DNA of 64,000 nt. Source: Chiloscyllium plagiosum (lineage: Eukaryota). Below are positions 1 to 12,662 of the stretch, one piece after another. Position 1 is the first letter of the stretch. Each line of letters opens with the position of its first letter. Below the pieces are notes generated by a model. It had not been told where the DNA came from. It was given only the letters and a program-made list of their open reading frames with translations, and made no database searches. The translations under genes and the position numbers were made by a program. The stretch is taken from positions 1,340,672-1,404,671 of the forward strand of contig NC_057756.1 of NCBI RefSeq assembly GCF_004010195.1, written 5' to 3'.

Positions 1-120
1 CAATCCATGGACAAAAGTTCAAATTCCAGAATGTTAACTGGTGCAGGTTAAATTTAAAAATTAATCCCTCTTGAACGAAGAATCTCGTGAGGCCAAACTG
101 CCCCATGACAGTGTTAAATA

Positions 121-617
121 GAACATAGAACATAGAACAATACAGCACAGAACAGGCCCTTCGGCCCACGATGTTGTGCCGAACATTTGTCCTAGCTTAA
201 GCACCCATCCATGCACCTATCCAATTGCCACTTAAAGGTCACCAAAGATTCTGACTCTATCACTCCCACAGGCAGCGCATTCCATGCCCCCACCACTCTC
301 TGGGTAAAGAACCCACCCCTGACATCTCCCCTATACCTTCCACCCTTCACCTTAAATTTATGTCCCCTTGTAACACTCTGTTGTACCCGGGGAAAAAGTT
401 TCTGACTGTCTACTCTATCTATTCCTCTGATCATCTTATAAACCTCTATCAAGTCACCCCTCATCCTTCGCCGTTCCAATGAGAAAAGGCCTAGCACTCT
501 CAACCTATCCTCGTACGACCTATTCTCCATTCCAGGCAACATCCTGGTAAATCTTCTCTGCACCCTCTCCAAAGCTTCCACATCTTTCCTAAAGTGAGGC
601 GACCAGAACTGCACACA
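121..617 (-). mobile_element. CR1-clade LINE (HER1-like) 3' fragment
   Basis: ORF 192-614(-) is the CR1 ORF2 C-terminus (QFWSPHFRKDVEALERVQRRFTRMLPG...RRRMRGDLIEVYK...FFTQRVVGAWNALP). It ends in a (gttctat)n-type tail seen as gaacatagaacatagaac at 121. Confidence 0.95.
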
Positions 618-639
618 CTATCTATAGATTGATTTCTTT

Positions 640-1000
640 TCAAAAATTCACTGTTTTGCACATCACTGGCTGACCAGCATTTATTGCCCATTTCTAGTTA
701 GTTTTGAAAAGGTGATGGTGCGATGCCTTCCTAAACTGCTGCAGTTCAAATACTTTAGATTGACCCAGAATGCCGTTTTGAAGAGCATCACAGGTCTTTG
801 ACCAGGTGATAGTGAAGGATAGGAGGTTTCCTATCTTGCAGGGGATCTTGCAGATGGTGATGCCCATAGCGAACTGCTGTCTGTGCTTCTGTATGAAACC
901 GTCGTGGGTTTGGAAGGTGCTGTCTAAGGATCTTTGGTAAATTTCTTCAATTCATCTTTCACAGTACTACCGCTGAGCGTTGGTAGTAGAGGCAGTACAT
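640..1000 (-). mobile_element. Decayed 3' end of a second CR1/L2-group LINE family
   Basis: ccagcatttattgccca tail plus gtgggtttggaaggtgctgtctaagga, which reads RQHLPNPR-like on the minus strand. Same family as 11300-14350. Confidence 0.65.
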
Positions 1001-1159
1001 GCTGGTGTTTTAGGTGCCAAAGATGCAAGATGCTTTGTCCCCAGTGGTGTAAATGAATGTTGTTTGGACCTGCAACCCATCCATTGAGAGTTCTTCTTAC
1101 GAAGATCTATGCATTTCTGACTCTGCCGCTCAGCCCTGGACCAATTGGTTATATTCGCT

Positions 1160-1370
1160 GCTTGAGTTTGAATGTCCGAGTTGAAGTCCATTTTCAGGAC
1201 TTGAACACGAAGGAAAATATGTTAAGGGAATTCTGTCTGTTGAAAATTGCTTTTCATAAGATATTACAAAGCCAGATGCTGACGTTACTATCGGTAGAAA
1301 TATTTCATCCAATTGTACTGTTCCAAAGAAGAGCAGAGGAGCTTGCTCCTATCACGAATTAATAATTTTC
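1160..1370 (+). mobile_element. Highly decayed DeuSINE-like SINE
   Basis: gttgaagtcc...gacttgaacac head and ttccaaagaagagcagagga resemble my recollection of the Deu domain. Heavily mutated. Confidence 0.35.
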
Positions 1371-4300
1371 AATTATGTCACATAAGTAGTCCTAGTGTTT
1401 TAAAACAAAAGTCATAACCATTGTCATTGATCGCTGGTAGTTCCCTCTTTAACGTTTTTTCAGATTTTCCTGAACACTACTTCCCAGTATTAGGCATAAT
1501 ATTCTATCTGAGGCCTGATATAGAACTTCTAACATCACAGTTTCATTTCTATGTTTTGATATTCCCTGCCATCTTTCGAAATGCCGGTGCCACGTGAGTT
1601 TTTACTTTGTTTAAAGTTGTTTATGAAATAGTCCATAAAAATTGCTTATTTGGACAGTAGGATTTGTTTGTTCATTTGGAACATCCAGAGGCTTGCTATG
1701 CTTTTGACAGTGAAATGCTTTGCTTCAAGTTGAATTTTGAAGACTTGCTAAAGAATGTAAACCAAACTGATCTATTCCAGGAATGTGTCCAAAACTACAT
1801 ACTATAAGAGTTAGCACTATCATTTATTTCAATATCATATATTTACTTTCAATTAAAATATGCAGTCACACCGTCCACTAAAACAAATGATGGCTCCACT
1901 TGCTTACCTCCAGTTTTGCATTTATCCTCCAATTCTAGAAGATCAAATATTGCAATTGATTAAACTAAGGACACATTTCACATAGTGCATGAAACTTCGA
2001 TAAACAATACATTTATATCTGTATGCAGTGAATTTAAACCAGGGAATCTGCCGAACTGAGCCAAGTCAAGTCAAACAATAATTTAACAAAAAATGTTATA
2101 TTTTAAGTGATAAAGCTTTGAATAGTAGAACAAAAAAAAGGTTGCATATTGACGGAAGGCGTGGGGGTGGTGGGAAGGTCTAGATGTTGCTGCAGGCAAT
2201 TCCGATGTAAAGCTGTTGGCAGGGCCAGTGAGAAAGCTTTGAGAAGAATAAAAACAGAATTACTAGTTGAGTAGAACGACTAGCATAAATTAAGTTACGT
2301 TCAAATCTGCTGGATCAGAAATGAATATATCATAGTAAGATCATGAATAAAGGTAGATGTTTTTGATTTACAATTTGTGAGGGAAGCTTTGGATATTGCA
2401 GGATGAGCATCTTAGCGGAAATGCCTCAGCATTTTTGATTCCGGATTTCACAACCAAGAGTGTCTCTTAATCATTTAGGTTGAGGGAGTTCGGATAAAGT
2501 AACATTACAGAGTTGGAAATCGGCAAATAAGCGCTCTTATAAATCCTCTATTAAGAAGTTAGTACATTAATACACATTTACCTATCTCCTTTTGACGCAA
2601 CTTTTCCTCTGTTCGTAGGAATGAAGTCAAGTTATGTCAGAAGATCATTTTTGCCAAAATATGGTATGCTGATTTTCTCACAATTTCCAAACATCTGTTT
2701 AAGGTCAAAGCTTAGAAAGGAAATACAGATAAATTAAAATCATTTTTAACAAACATTTTTATACTTTCCGTTGGCCTGCATTTACCATGAAATATATAAT
2801 ATAATCAAGTACAGAAGATTGTTGCAAATGGGGCACAAGTACCATTTTATAATTCTGTCAATAGGCATCTAGAACCCTTTTTAATCCATATAACAGCTGC
2901 TGCGCACAATCAGGCAAAATCAATGTTTACCATATATGCGTCAAATAAATAACAGAAAATCACTTTCTAAAATGTATCTAAATTTGTGGTGTTTCAAAGT
3001 GTTAGAAATCATCCCAACCTGCGTCTTCCAAATTGGTTTTCAACCTTGCAATTTCTACATCGAAAACAAATTCAGAGATCATCTTTCTCATCTGAGCTGC
3101 TTATCACTCGCATTCAATTGTGCAATCCTAATTTCCAATAAACAATCCTCTTTGAGACAATCAAAATTCAAAGATAGAAATTTTTCTCAATGTGTGAAAC
3201 ATAAAATTATGGATAAATTTCTCTAATGTTGACTAAGTCTCAATAATATCAAAATGTTTTCCTGTAATATAATTATACCAAAGTAAGGACAATTTTATCT
3301 TACAAAACATGTTATCACATATTTAGTATTAGACAAGCCAAAGCGGATAAAAAGATAAACAAAACAAGACACTGTACAGGGCCGTTCCTCGTGAGAGCTA
3401 CAAAGAGCATGTCAAAGAAAGGAGTACAGTTTTGGTCTCAAATATTGACAATTTGAAAAAAAGTAGATGTTCAAATTGAGTGCATTGCGTCCAAGTTTGA
3501 TCATGATATATGTTATTAAGCTATGTAGCATAATAATGAGTCGAAAACAATTTGTGCTCCCCTTTAAGAAATAAAGTGCTCTTCTGAGATTGAGATGCAG
3601 TCAACGCTGCTAATATACAGAATGGTTAGGAGACAGGCTGTTCCAAAATAGACACTTAACTGCATAACGACTTGATGTTACATCGATACTTGAGTTTTAG
3701 TGGCTGTTTTGACAATAATTCAAATCTGACAAATTGATTCAAACAAAACCCTTCAAAGCCAATCGAATTTAAACTGAAAGATGTCGATAGCCTAAAATCA
3801 ATCCGATTATAAGAATTTCAGAATCATGGATATGAAAAAGAGTGGATTTGAAAATCGGGGAACAGCAACTGCCACCTAAAGAAAGCCAACAAATCTGAAC
3901 AACTCTGAAGGATATCTTAGAAAGCACCATCTATTGCTATTACCAAGGAATTTTATATAAAGGTATGCACAGTAAAAAAAAAACACAGTAGGTGGCCCAG
4001 GGGGCAGCCAAAAGAAATGGAAGGATGGAAAGAAGCAGCATACTCAAAAAGTGGAAAGGAGGACAGCACAAGATACTGTATGGAATTTGAAAGATTAAGT
4101 TAGCTTAATGTTTCGAAGTTCTGTTATTGGGACAGCATTTTTATAGAGTTGGGGTCAGATAGTAATCAATTAAGGAAAAGGGTGCTCAGGGTTGCTCATA
4201 GTTTTTGTTAAGTGTTCATTTATAGAGTTATGCTTATTCTTTAGACACTAGAAATCTGGGGTTTTGCATTGCTCACTGATATTCTTTTAACACATTATGA

Positions 4301-4892
4301 GGAGAGGCTAGCTTTTCTGGTTTTAATTCGCAAAAGGGCTTGACCACTGGTTTGCAAAAGATTAAGGGTTGGGTCTGGGATCTGAACAGATTTGGATGAA
4401 TTTAGACAGACCTGGACGGATCTGGACAGATGTAAACAGGCTTTGGGTACGAAAATTCACAACAGATTTAAACACATTTGGGGATTAGTGTCCTAGATTT
4501 TTAAATACAACTTAGATTTTCAGTTTCGGCTACTTGGTAGAGGTGGGTACGATAGTGTCATTATGATATAGTTAGACAGATACGTGAAAGGGCAGAGAGA
4601 AGAGGGATACAGATTATTAAAAAATAATTGGCAGGATTACATAGATGATCTGGATTGGTGCAGGTTTGGAAGGCCAAAGGGCCTGTAACTTTCTTTGTTC
4701 TTTGCACTTGCAGTTGCTTGGAATGAAAGTGAAAAAAACAACGGCACTTTCAGTTATTAAATCTTTCATGGGAGTGGAAGACTTGACTTTGGCTGTTTTG
4801 CAAAAAGTGAGCAAGGAAAAGCTGCTGCAATTGACAGACAAGCTGGAGCTGGGGTTGCGTGTGTCTCAAAAAAATGAGGTTATTATCGAAAC

Positions 4893-5005
4893 CTTCAAGA
4901 TAGTGGTGTTGGAAAAGCAAAGCAGGTCTGGCAGCATCCGAGGAGCAAGAAAATCGACGTTTCGGGCAAAAGCCCTTCCTTCGATCTGCAGTACTCACTT
5001 TCGTC
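4893..5005. mobile_element. Short Penelope-derived insertion with an inverted segment and a truncated hammerhead motif
   Basis: Minus-strand GAAGGGCTTTTGCCCGAAACGTCGATTTTC...TTTTCCAACACCAC is joined to the plus-strand element end atctgcagtactcactttcg. Flanked by tattatcgaaac (4881-4892) and tattaccgaaac (5006-5017). Confidence 0.75.
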
Positions 5006-5455
5006 TATTACCGAAACAGCTCAACATTTAAATGTGTTTGAAAGGCCATTAGAATCTGTGGGAATGGCTAAAATTAAATTGCAGATGATCCAACTTGAGT
5101 TAGAGGAAAAAGTGAGGGAGAGAAGATCCTTAGCGGAGCAAAACAAAAGTTAGAGCGAAGAAAGAGAAAGGGAGAGAGAAAGGAAGAGGGAAGGAAAAGG
5201 AAGAAATATAGAAAGAGAAGCAAGTGAAAGAGAAAGAGAGAATTTGAAATTCAGCAATTACGAATTAGTCAGGAAAGTCAAGTTAACAGAATGGAGATGA
5301 AGGGAGAAGTGAGGAATATACACAAGCATCTTAAAACGTTGCCACATTTCGATGAGGAAGATGGCGAAACCTTTTTATTTTATTTGGAAAAATGGCGAGG
5401 CAGTTGGTGTGCTTAGAGAACTTGTGGATAACGCAGGTTCTGACGAAGCTGGTAT

Positions 5456-5737
5456 GATTAGATTAGATTAGATTACAGTGTGGAAACAGGCCCTTCGGCC
5501 CAACAAGTCCACACCGACCCGCCGAAGCGAAACCCACCCATACCCCTACATTTACCCCTTACCTAACACTACGGGCAATTTAGCATGGCCAATTCACCTG
5601 GCCCTGCACATCTTTGGACTGTGGGAGGAAACCGGAGCACCCGGAGGAAACCCATGCAGACACGGGGAGAATGTGCAAACTCCACACAGTTAGTCACCTG
5701 AGCTGGGAATTGAACCAGCAGTGAGGCAGCAGTGCTA
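5456..5737 (-). mobile_element. HE1 SINE (V-SINE superfamily)
   Basis: V-domain (minus strand gtgtggagtttgcacattctccccgtgtctgcatgggtttcctccgggtgctccggtttcctcccacagtccaaaga), tRNA-like head and (attag)n tail. Inserted in gag of element A. Confidence 0.92.
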
Positions 5738-7221
5738 AGTATGCAGACTCGTGAGGTATTTACAGCGCTGTTAGGAGAGAGGTCAAGTGATTATGTATTT
5801 TGAGTGCCTATGCATTGGCACCAGAAATGTAGAGACAGTAGTTCAGAAATATAAAGAAGGAACCAGACCGGACATACTTTCAGTTCAAAAGAATTAAAAA
5901 CATCAATTTTGATAGATGGTTGTGGGCCTTTAAAGCAGAAAAGATATGTGAGGCTCTAAGAGAGATTATTCTGCTGGATGAGTTTGAAAATTCATTTCCA
6001 GAGATAAGAACTTATGTGTATGAACAGATATTTCAAGAAGTGAGTAGAGCTCATGAATGAGCAAATGGCTAATGAATATGAGTTGAAGTTTCAAGCGAAA
6101 TTGAGCTTCAGTCAGGAGTTTCATCCTGTGAGGGATAGGAATTGGGAGAAGGGGATATTATTTACTCCAAAAGAAAATGTAGATCACCCTGGAAATAGCT
6201 TACCACAGGCGAAAATAGAATGTCAAGGTGGTTTGCTGTTTTGACAATTCAAGTCTGGCCAATTGTTTTAAACAAAACACTCACCCCTTCAAAGCTAACT
6301 GAATTTAAAATCTGATAATATTGACAACGTGAAAACAACCCAACGAGAAGAATTTTAGGTGCAATAAGGGGCATAAAAAGGAGCGTTTTTGAAAATCGGG
6401 AGGACAACTGCCACTGAAAGAGAACCAACAGACCTGAACAGGTTGTGAAAGAACTTGCAGAAAGTACCGTCTATTAAAGGTACCAAGCAATTTTATATAA
6501 AGGTACTCACAATAAAAAGAAACATCGTAGAAGATGGCCCAGGGAGAAGACAGCAGATTCGGCAGGATGGAGGATGCAACAGATTCAGAAGGCAGTATAA
6601 AGTACTGTATGCTGTCTAAGATACTAAGTTAACTTAATGTTTAGGAATTGTGTTACTGGAGCAGCTCTCTAACAGAGCTGGGGTCAGACAGTGATTAGGT
6701 AGACAAAGGTGGTGAGGTTTGTTAATAGGTTTTGCTTAGTTTTCACTGTTTGAGTCAGGGTTTTTTTTTAAATGGTAGAAATCAGGGTTTTTCTTTCATA
6801 CACTCACATTTTGAATGGATTTAAAGTTGAGACAAGCTTCTCTGGGTATATTAGTCTTAATTAGCGAAGGGTCGACCTCTGCATTATAACAACATGCATT
6901 TTCATGATGTCATATGCCGTGACTAGAATACAACGAAGTTGCATAACATCATAGAGTAACTTTGTTAATGGACAAAAGCAATGACAAATATAAATAATTG
7001 TCACGTGGTGTAGAAGGCATTTCAAGGTAAGTTCGGTGATATTGTAAAGAAAGTAGAATGTTTTTCTTATCTGGCAATATATAAGAATAAGTTGTAATTC
7101 TGAGAATACTGTACAATTGTTTTGCTGGAAACACAACACCTCTCCTGACAAGATTTGAAAATGTGAATGGAAACCCAGATGGACATGCAATAGATATACT
7201 AAATATTAATTAAGCCACATT

Positions 7222-7340
7222 TCGTGGAGGTGCCGATATTGGACTGGGATGAATGAAGTTAACAATCACACAGTACAATGTTATAGTCCGGCAGATTAAT
7301 TTGGATTATAAACTGTTGAACGATGCTCCTTTGTTATGCC
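7222..7340 (-). repeat. Decayed Penelope-type terminal repeat
   Basis: gtggaggtgccgatattggactggg...aatcacacagtacaatgttatagtcc resembles a common shark PLE-end repeat. The hammerhead part is degenerate. Confidence 0.35.
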
Positions 7341-8269
7341 ACATTTTTGAATTCGTACATAGTTTTGCTAATGAACCCTGTAAATTAGAATAGATTCTGA
7401 AATGAATCGAAGTTTTTTGTTGGACTGATGATTGCAGGGTGATTATTGGACTCCAACGAGAAAGCTTCATGATGATTTTACCATAAGACTTATCAGTGAA
7501 GAAACTAATATATAAGCAGAAGGAAACGGGCAGAAACCATTTTTCACTGGTATGCCAAAGGGGGTGGTTCATCCTCAATCTCCAATTATATGTCTTTCCA
7601 AATATACAGCTTTATTATTGCCTATTCAACCAAACATCAAATGAGTGTTACAGACCTCATGAACACCACATCAACATCCAGTGATAATTTGCACTCTGAA
7701 TTAGTTTCAGTCAGCTGTAACCCACGTATCATTATTTGTGTATTCTTCATCATACATAGTCCTAACATATTTAGTTAATGTAACAATAGCCCTGGGGATT
7801 TAACCTGTCTATTGCTGCATAAATATGTCACTCCCCATGCAAAACTGATCGTGTTTAATCTACAGTGACACACATAAGAAGATCAGTTGGGTGAATTGTA
7901 CGAACAACTGTAGCAGTGATAATGTATTCCTGGAATGAAAACGCTTGATATTATCACTTGGCATTTCTTCGCTGACAAGGTGAGGAAAAAAAGAAGTAAT
8001 GCACACACTGCTTCAAAGACTACAGTTTCAAGTTTCAATCATGGGAGTATTTCCCATTCACAAATAATTATATGCTGCAGATTTTATTTTCGAATTTCAA
8101 TTATGAGAACATTTCCTGTTATAGAAATACGTAGAAGCTGAAGATTTTTTAATTACCATTATCTTTTTTACGAAGTTCATCATCTATATGGTTATATAGA
8201 GTAAAAAGTATAAAACATTAAATCTAGTGTTCAATAAATGATTGTTCCGCTGACATTTATGCTCCCCCT

Positions 8270-8400
8270 CTGGAATATCATTGGACATGAAAAGTTAACA
8301 GTATCCTCTCCTCAGTCCTACCAGACATATTGAGACATATCAAGCTGTTTCTGGTTTAATTTCAGATTTATAGCACCTCCAAACTTACGGTTTTACTTTG
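8270..8400 (+). repeat. Decayed Penelope-type terminal repeat
   Basis: Similar to 12530-12662 and 30930-31000 (ggac..gaaa.gttaac...ccagac...atttcagattt). Confidence 0.4.
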
Positions 8401-11400
8401 CAATTGGTTTTTAGTTGAAACATTTACCAAACCTTCCTGCTTCCAAATCATTCCTTACATCAAAGATGGCCTTATTTGTTTGTTTTAACTTAGAAATGCA
8501 AATGCATAATACAGTACTCATTCTCTTACTGATGAAGTATAATGTATCAGTGGTTCTGGACTGACTCCAGACCAAGTAGCCATAAATTACAGTGGAATGT
8601 TTTCACACTTTCAAAACTGGCCACTACCTGGACCACATTTTTTATATACCTATTTGTGTTCTGATCTCTGAATGTCTCTGCTAAAAAAAGTGTACATGCA
8701 TGCCTTCTGTTGTGTCACTTTCTATCAGGACTGCGCAATACTGCTCCCAACCTTATCACCTCCCACCACTCGAAGCCCTTTATGATATCTTATAACTTCT
8801 GCCTGTGCAAATAATACTGGACTCAACTAATTAGAATCAACTTGTTAGGTTTTGTGTCATTGATGGGTTTATGCATTGCGGGTGGCAGTAGGTTTTGAGC
8901 AAAAACAAAATTCTGTCCCAGTGGACGAAAGTAAAATCATTTATTGGATATGTGTTGACCCTTTAACTTTCCTGTGGTATGAAATGTTTTAGAAACTCTA
9001 ATCTTATTTCAGGGTGAATATCAGTTTACTACTCAGAAAGAAACTTGAGGATTGGTCTGTGCAAATTATTAATTTGAGGCTTTTTAACCAATCGTTCATT
9101 TCGTTAAACGTTTCTGCATAACCATGTATCCTTATTTCTTTATACTTTTCAACTAACAAAATTTATAACAATTCTGAAGCAAATTGCATACTAACGTTTT
9201 GTTTGTAAACTTTACACAACATATCTCGTAAATTTTCCTTGCGCCAGTTTTCTTTCTTGTTTCATGATTATTAATTCTGGAATTCAGTTTTCAAATTATT
9301 AAAGCGGTATTTGAGCATAGGATAATAAATAGAGCCTTCGGCAATGTCTTAAAATGAGGGATAACTAATTGTTCTCTTATTATTGGCAACATCTCCTCCT
9401 CATGTACAAATCTAATTTGAAAAATAAAAGCAAACAAAATGTCATTACTTTCAAGCACAGCTGTATAACAAGCAAAATTTAAAAAAAAAACAAGGTCTTG
9501 CAGTCAGAATTCAACCGATATAATTAGCGAGGAGTTAAGAGATGAAGAGATGTTGGTGACACTAACTGTTAAAATAGAAAACAATCCCAGCTCAATCCAC
9601 TGTTTCCGAATTGAATGAATATCTAAAAAAAAAGATTTACTAGTAGCACAGGTTTGGAACAATATTATTAATGATGAAACAATGAACAAAATCTAATTAT
9701 GAAGTTCATACATTTTGTCAGAAGAAAGACGTGAATGACAATAAATGGGGATAAATGTGTTCCATAATTAATCGTGATTAAGATAATGACAGAAAATTTT
9801 AAGCAATGTTTACTCTTGTCATCACCACAGATACACCAAATGGTCTTTAAATGTTTGTGAACCAATGAAATAGCAAGAACGAACAACTGAACATACTAAT
9901 ATGACTTGCTATGGTTCTGTAGCAAAAATAGTAAGTAGTGAAAAAATTCTGTGGAACTCGCTAACTGCATCGTAATTTACATATACAAAGTGACAACTGA
10001 GATTAGAGTTCCTCAGATGCGAGAGCTATGCCTTATCGTTGGTGAATAGAGATCATTCAATGCTGAACAAAGGAGAATCGAGAAAAAAATGGAATCAATA
10101 GCTGGACATCTGTAAGAGTCAAAACGCTAGAAGCTGGTATTTGAAGTCTAATATCATGTAGTCGATTAATAGGACAGCAGTTCAGCAACTACATTCTTGT
10201 AGACTTCGCATTATCTAATCATTAATGTAAACCAACCAGTTTCATCTGTTTGCAGATTTAGAGTCCAATGAAATATGAAGTACAATGCATCAGTAACATT
10301 AAAAACCATATGAAACTATGTACTCTCCTTAAAGTTATCCAATGATACAATATTGTCCCGATTACCTATGTGGTTATTTTACATAAACAATGCTCCACTT
10401 CTCCCAACGGTTCAATTCCTGTTTTTGCATATTGTATCCTCTAATAATGCATGCTTATTGGTGCAATAATTGACTTGTTGCACTGAAACATGATTCCTTC
10501 TGTCTTGTTGTTTCCCTGTTACGATCACTGCATATTTGTCATCAGAGGCTGCTAGAGTTGCAGAACATTATTTCCCTTATATTTTCTATTTCATTAGGTG
10601 TCCTTTTCTGCCTGTCTATGTGACAATCTGTCTCAACCAATGTCTCTCTTTTCCTTTGGGGTCCCAGACTCTTGCTTGCAACGCAATAGAATACTTTTCC
10701 AGAACGACAAAAAAAAGATTCTTCTCACTAAGGACCAATAAACATAATTGGCCCAAGCGAAGGCTCTGGGGTTCTAATTTTTTTTCCTGAATTATGGCAT
10801 CTAATTGCAGTCTCAGTTTAATACTTGAAAATGATTAAATTTAATAGATTTCAGTAAACCTGCGTGTAAAGATTAGGAAAATAAAGTTTGCCAAGATAAA
10901 TTTCCCATCTGAGGTATATCGGCGATTTATTTTAATTTGAATTGAACTGTTACAAAACCATAGCAATAAATAATATTAAACTTGTAGTAAAACACCACCA
11001 GCACTGAACATCACATATTACATAGAAATAACAAAACGATTATCATATTCAATGCTTGCCGATCGACATTTGATGCAAACGTGATGAATTTAGTTATTTA
11101 CTGATTGGAATTATTGGTATCAATAAGCAATGAAATGCTAATACTTACCACTGCCAATATGCTTGCTTTCCGATTCTACACGAATATCAATGCACAATTG
11201 CCCAGTCATAAGAAGATTGTAAGCCTTCTGCATAACTTTCCGAAGCAAGGCATTGGACTAATCTACTGTGTATAAAAAAAGTTCAATATAACTGAAGGCT
11301 GTTTATAAGTATGTGCAACAGTTGGTATGCACTCAATGGTCTGGAGAAGATTTTTCAGGTCATATTCTCCTGTATCTGCTGCCATTGTCTTTCCAATTTT

Positions 11401-11814
11401 CTGAGATCTTGATTTGGAAATTACGGTTTGTTATGGAAGTGTTTGTAATAGAATGATACAAACTACTAGCAATATGTCATGGTGGTGAAGGGTGTAGACA
11501 TTGAACGTGATATTTAGGGTGCCAATCATAAAATATATTTCAGTTCTTGATGAGTGTTAATTGCATTGATTGTCGTTGAATCTGCTCTTATGATTTCAGT
11601 TTGAGTAATTTTGTCTTCCTCCTGACTGTCTTTTATATGCTGGATACGCATGAGGTATGAAGTACAGTTGGGTCGTGGAATAATATTGAATCTCAAATTG
11701 ATCATATAGTAATAGCAACTATATGAGTGGACCAGTCAATTGCTGATCAATTCTGACACTTCAGATTTTTCAAATGTGGGAATCAGCAATGGTAATGCCC
11801 TAGGTGGTAGTGAA

Positions 11815-12478
11815 ATAGACTCCTCAGCTGGTGTTCGTCAGCTCTGTCCATTTATTTTCTTCTTTCTCCTCTTTTCGTTTTATTCTTTTTCTGCGTTCTT
11901 TTGTTTTTCACTCTACATGTCTCCATACCTCGGATGACATCGGTGGTGCAAAGTTGAGCAAGTGACTCTTGGCCTCTTGGACACCCAGCCAGCTCAGAAG
12001 CCCAGCGCAGACTCCCAGTCTCACAGCCTCTATGGGGCTTGCGTGGGTTTCAGGTCTCCTCAAGGAAGCTCAGAGCGGACACTCAACTTCCAGGAAGTCC
12101 AGTGTCCACTCTCAGCCTGGAGGAAGCCCAGTGAGAACTCCTAGCCTTGATGAAGCCCAGCCAAGAACCCCGGCCTTGATGAAGTGCAGCTCACAGTCCC
12201 TGCTTTAGGTAGACTGTAATGCCGAACATTTATCTTTTTTAAAAATTCTACTTGAGTTCGTACCTAGATATCATTATACTGAATTTTATAAGAACTGTAA
12301 AGCTGGTCTTCTAAATGTATTTACTTTTTCTCTAATGTATACCTACGAATTTACACCGAGGTGTCTTTTTAGTTAAGATTGAACTGGTAATGCCGGTTTT
12401 GTCCACGTGTCATTGCACATTTTGCTGCCTGTAACTAAATACATGTGACAATAAAGCTAATTGAAATTCTAACTCTAA
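11815..12478 (+). repeat. Unclassified non-autonomous element with internal GC-rich minisatellite
   Basis: T-rich leader, then about 6 degenerate gaagcccagc...actc..agcctt units (11985-12200), ending gtgacaataaagctaattgaaattctaactctaa. Interrupts the LINE. Confidence 0.45.
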
Positions 12479-12529
12479 AGCCAAAGGGCCTCAAAGGACG
12501 TTGGCTAATTTTAAAAACTATTTATGTGT

Positions 12530-12662
12530 TGTGAAGAAGAGTTATAATAGACTTGAGTTATTAACTCTGTTACTCTCTCTACGGGTGGTACGAAACAACT
12601 GAGTTTCTCCAGCGTTCTCTGTGTTAGTTTCAGATTTTCTAGATTTGCAGTATTTTCCTTTA
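12530..12662 (+). repeat. Decayed Penelope-type terminal repeat
   Basis: tgaagaagagttata..agacttgag..ttaactctgttactctctctac...gagtttctccagc...tttcagattt; degenerate hammerhead-bearing PLE end. Confidence 0.45.

Larger units (their letters stand above)
3511..6885 (+). mobile_element. Gmr1-like Ty3/Gypsy LTR retrotransposon A (5' LTR, degenerate gag, partial 3' LTR; pol deleted)
   Basis: Starts tgttat. 3700-4350 is homologous to 6230-6885 (gctgttttgacaat..., gaaaatcggg...caactgccac, caattttatataaaggta). The interior encodes frameshifted gag (LQKVSKEKLLQLTDKLELGL; LPHFDEED; ALREIILLDEF). Confidence 0.85.

Noticed and set aside
11149..11265. Minus-strand segment ending at a strong GTG/GTAAGT donor
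   Set aside because: The best acceptor gives stops in all frames; the only open frame needs a weaker AG and matches nothing I recognise.
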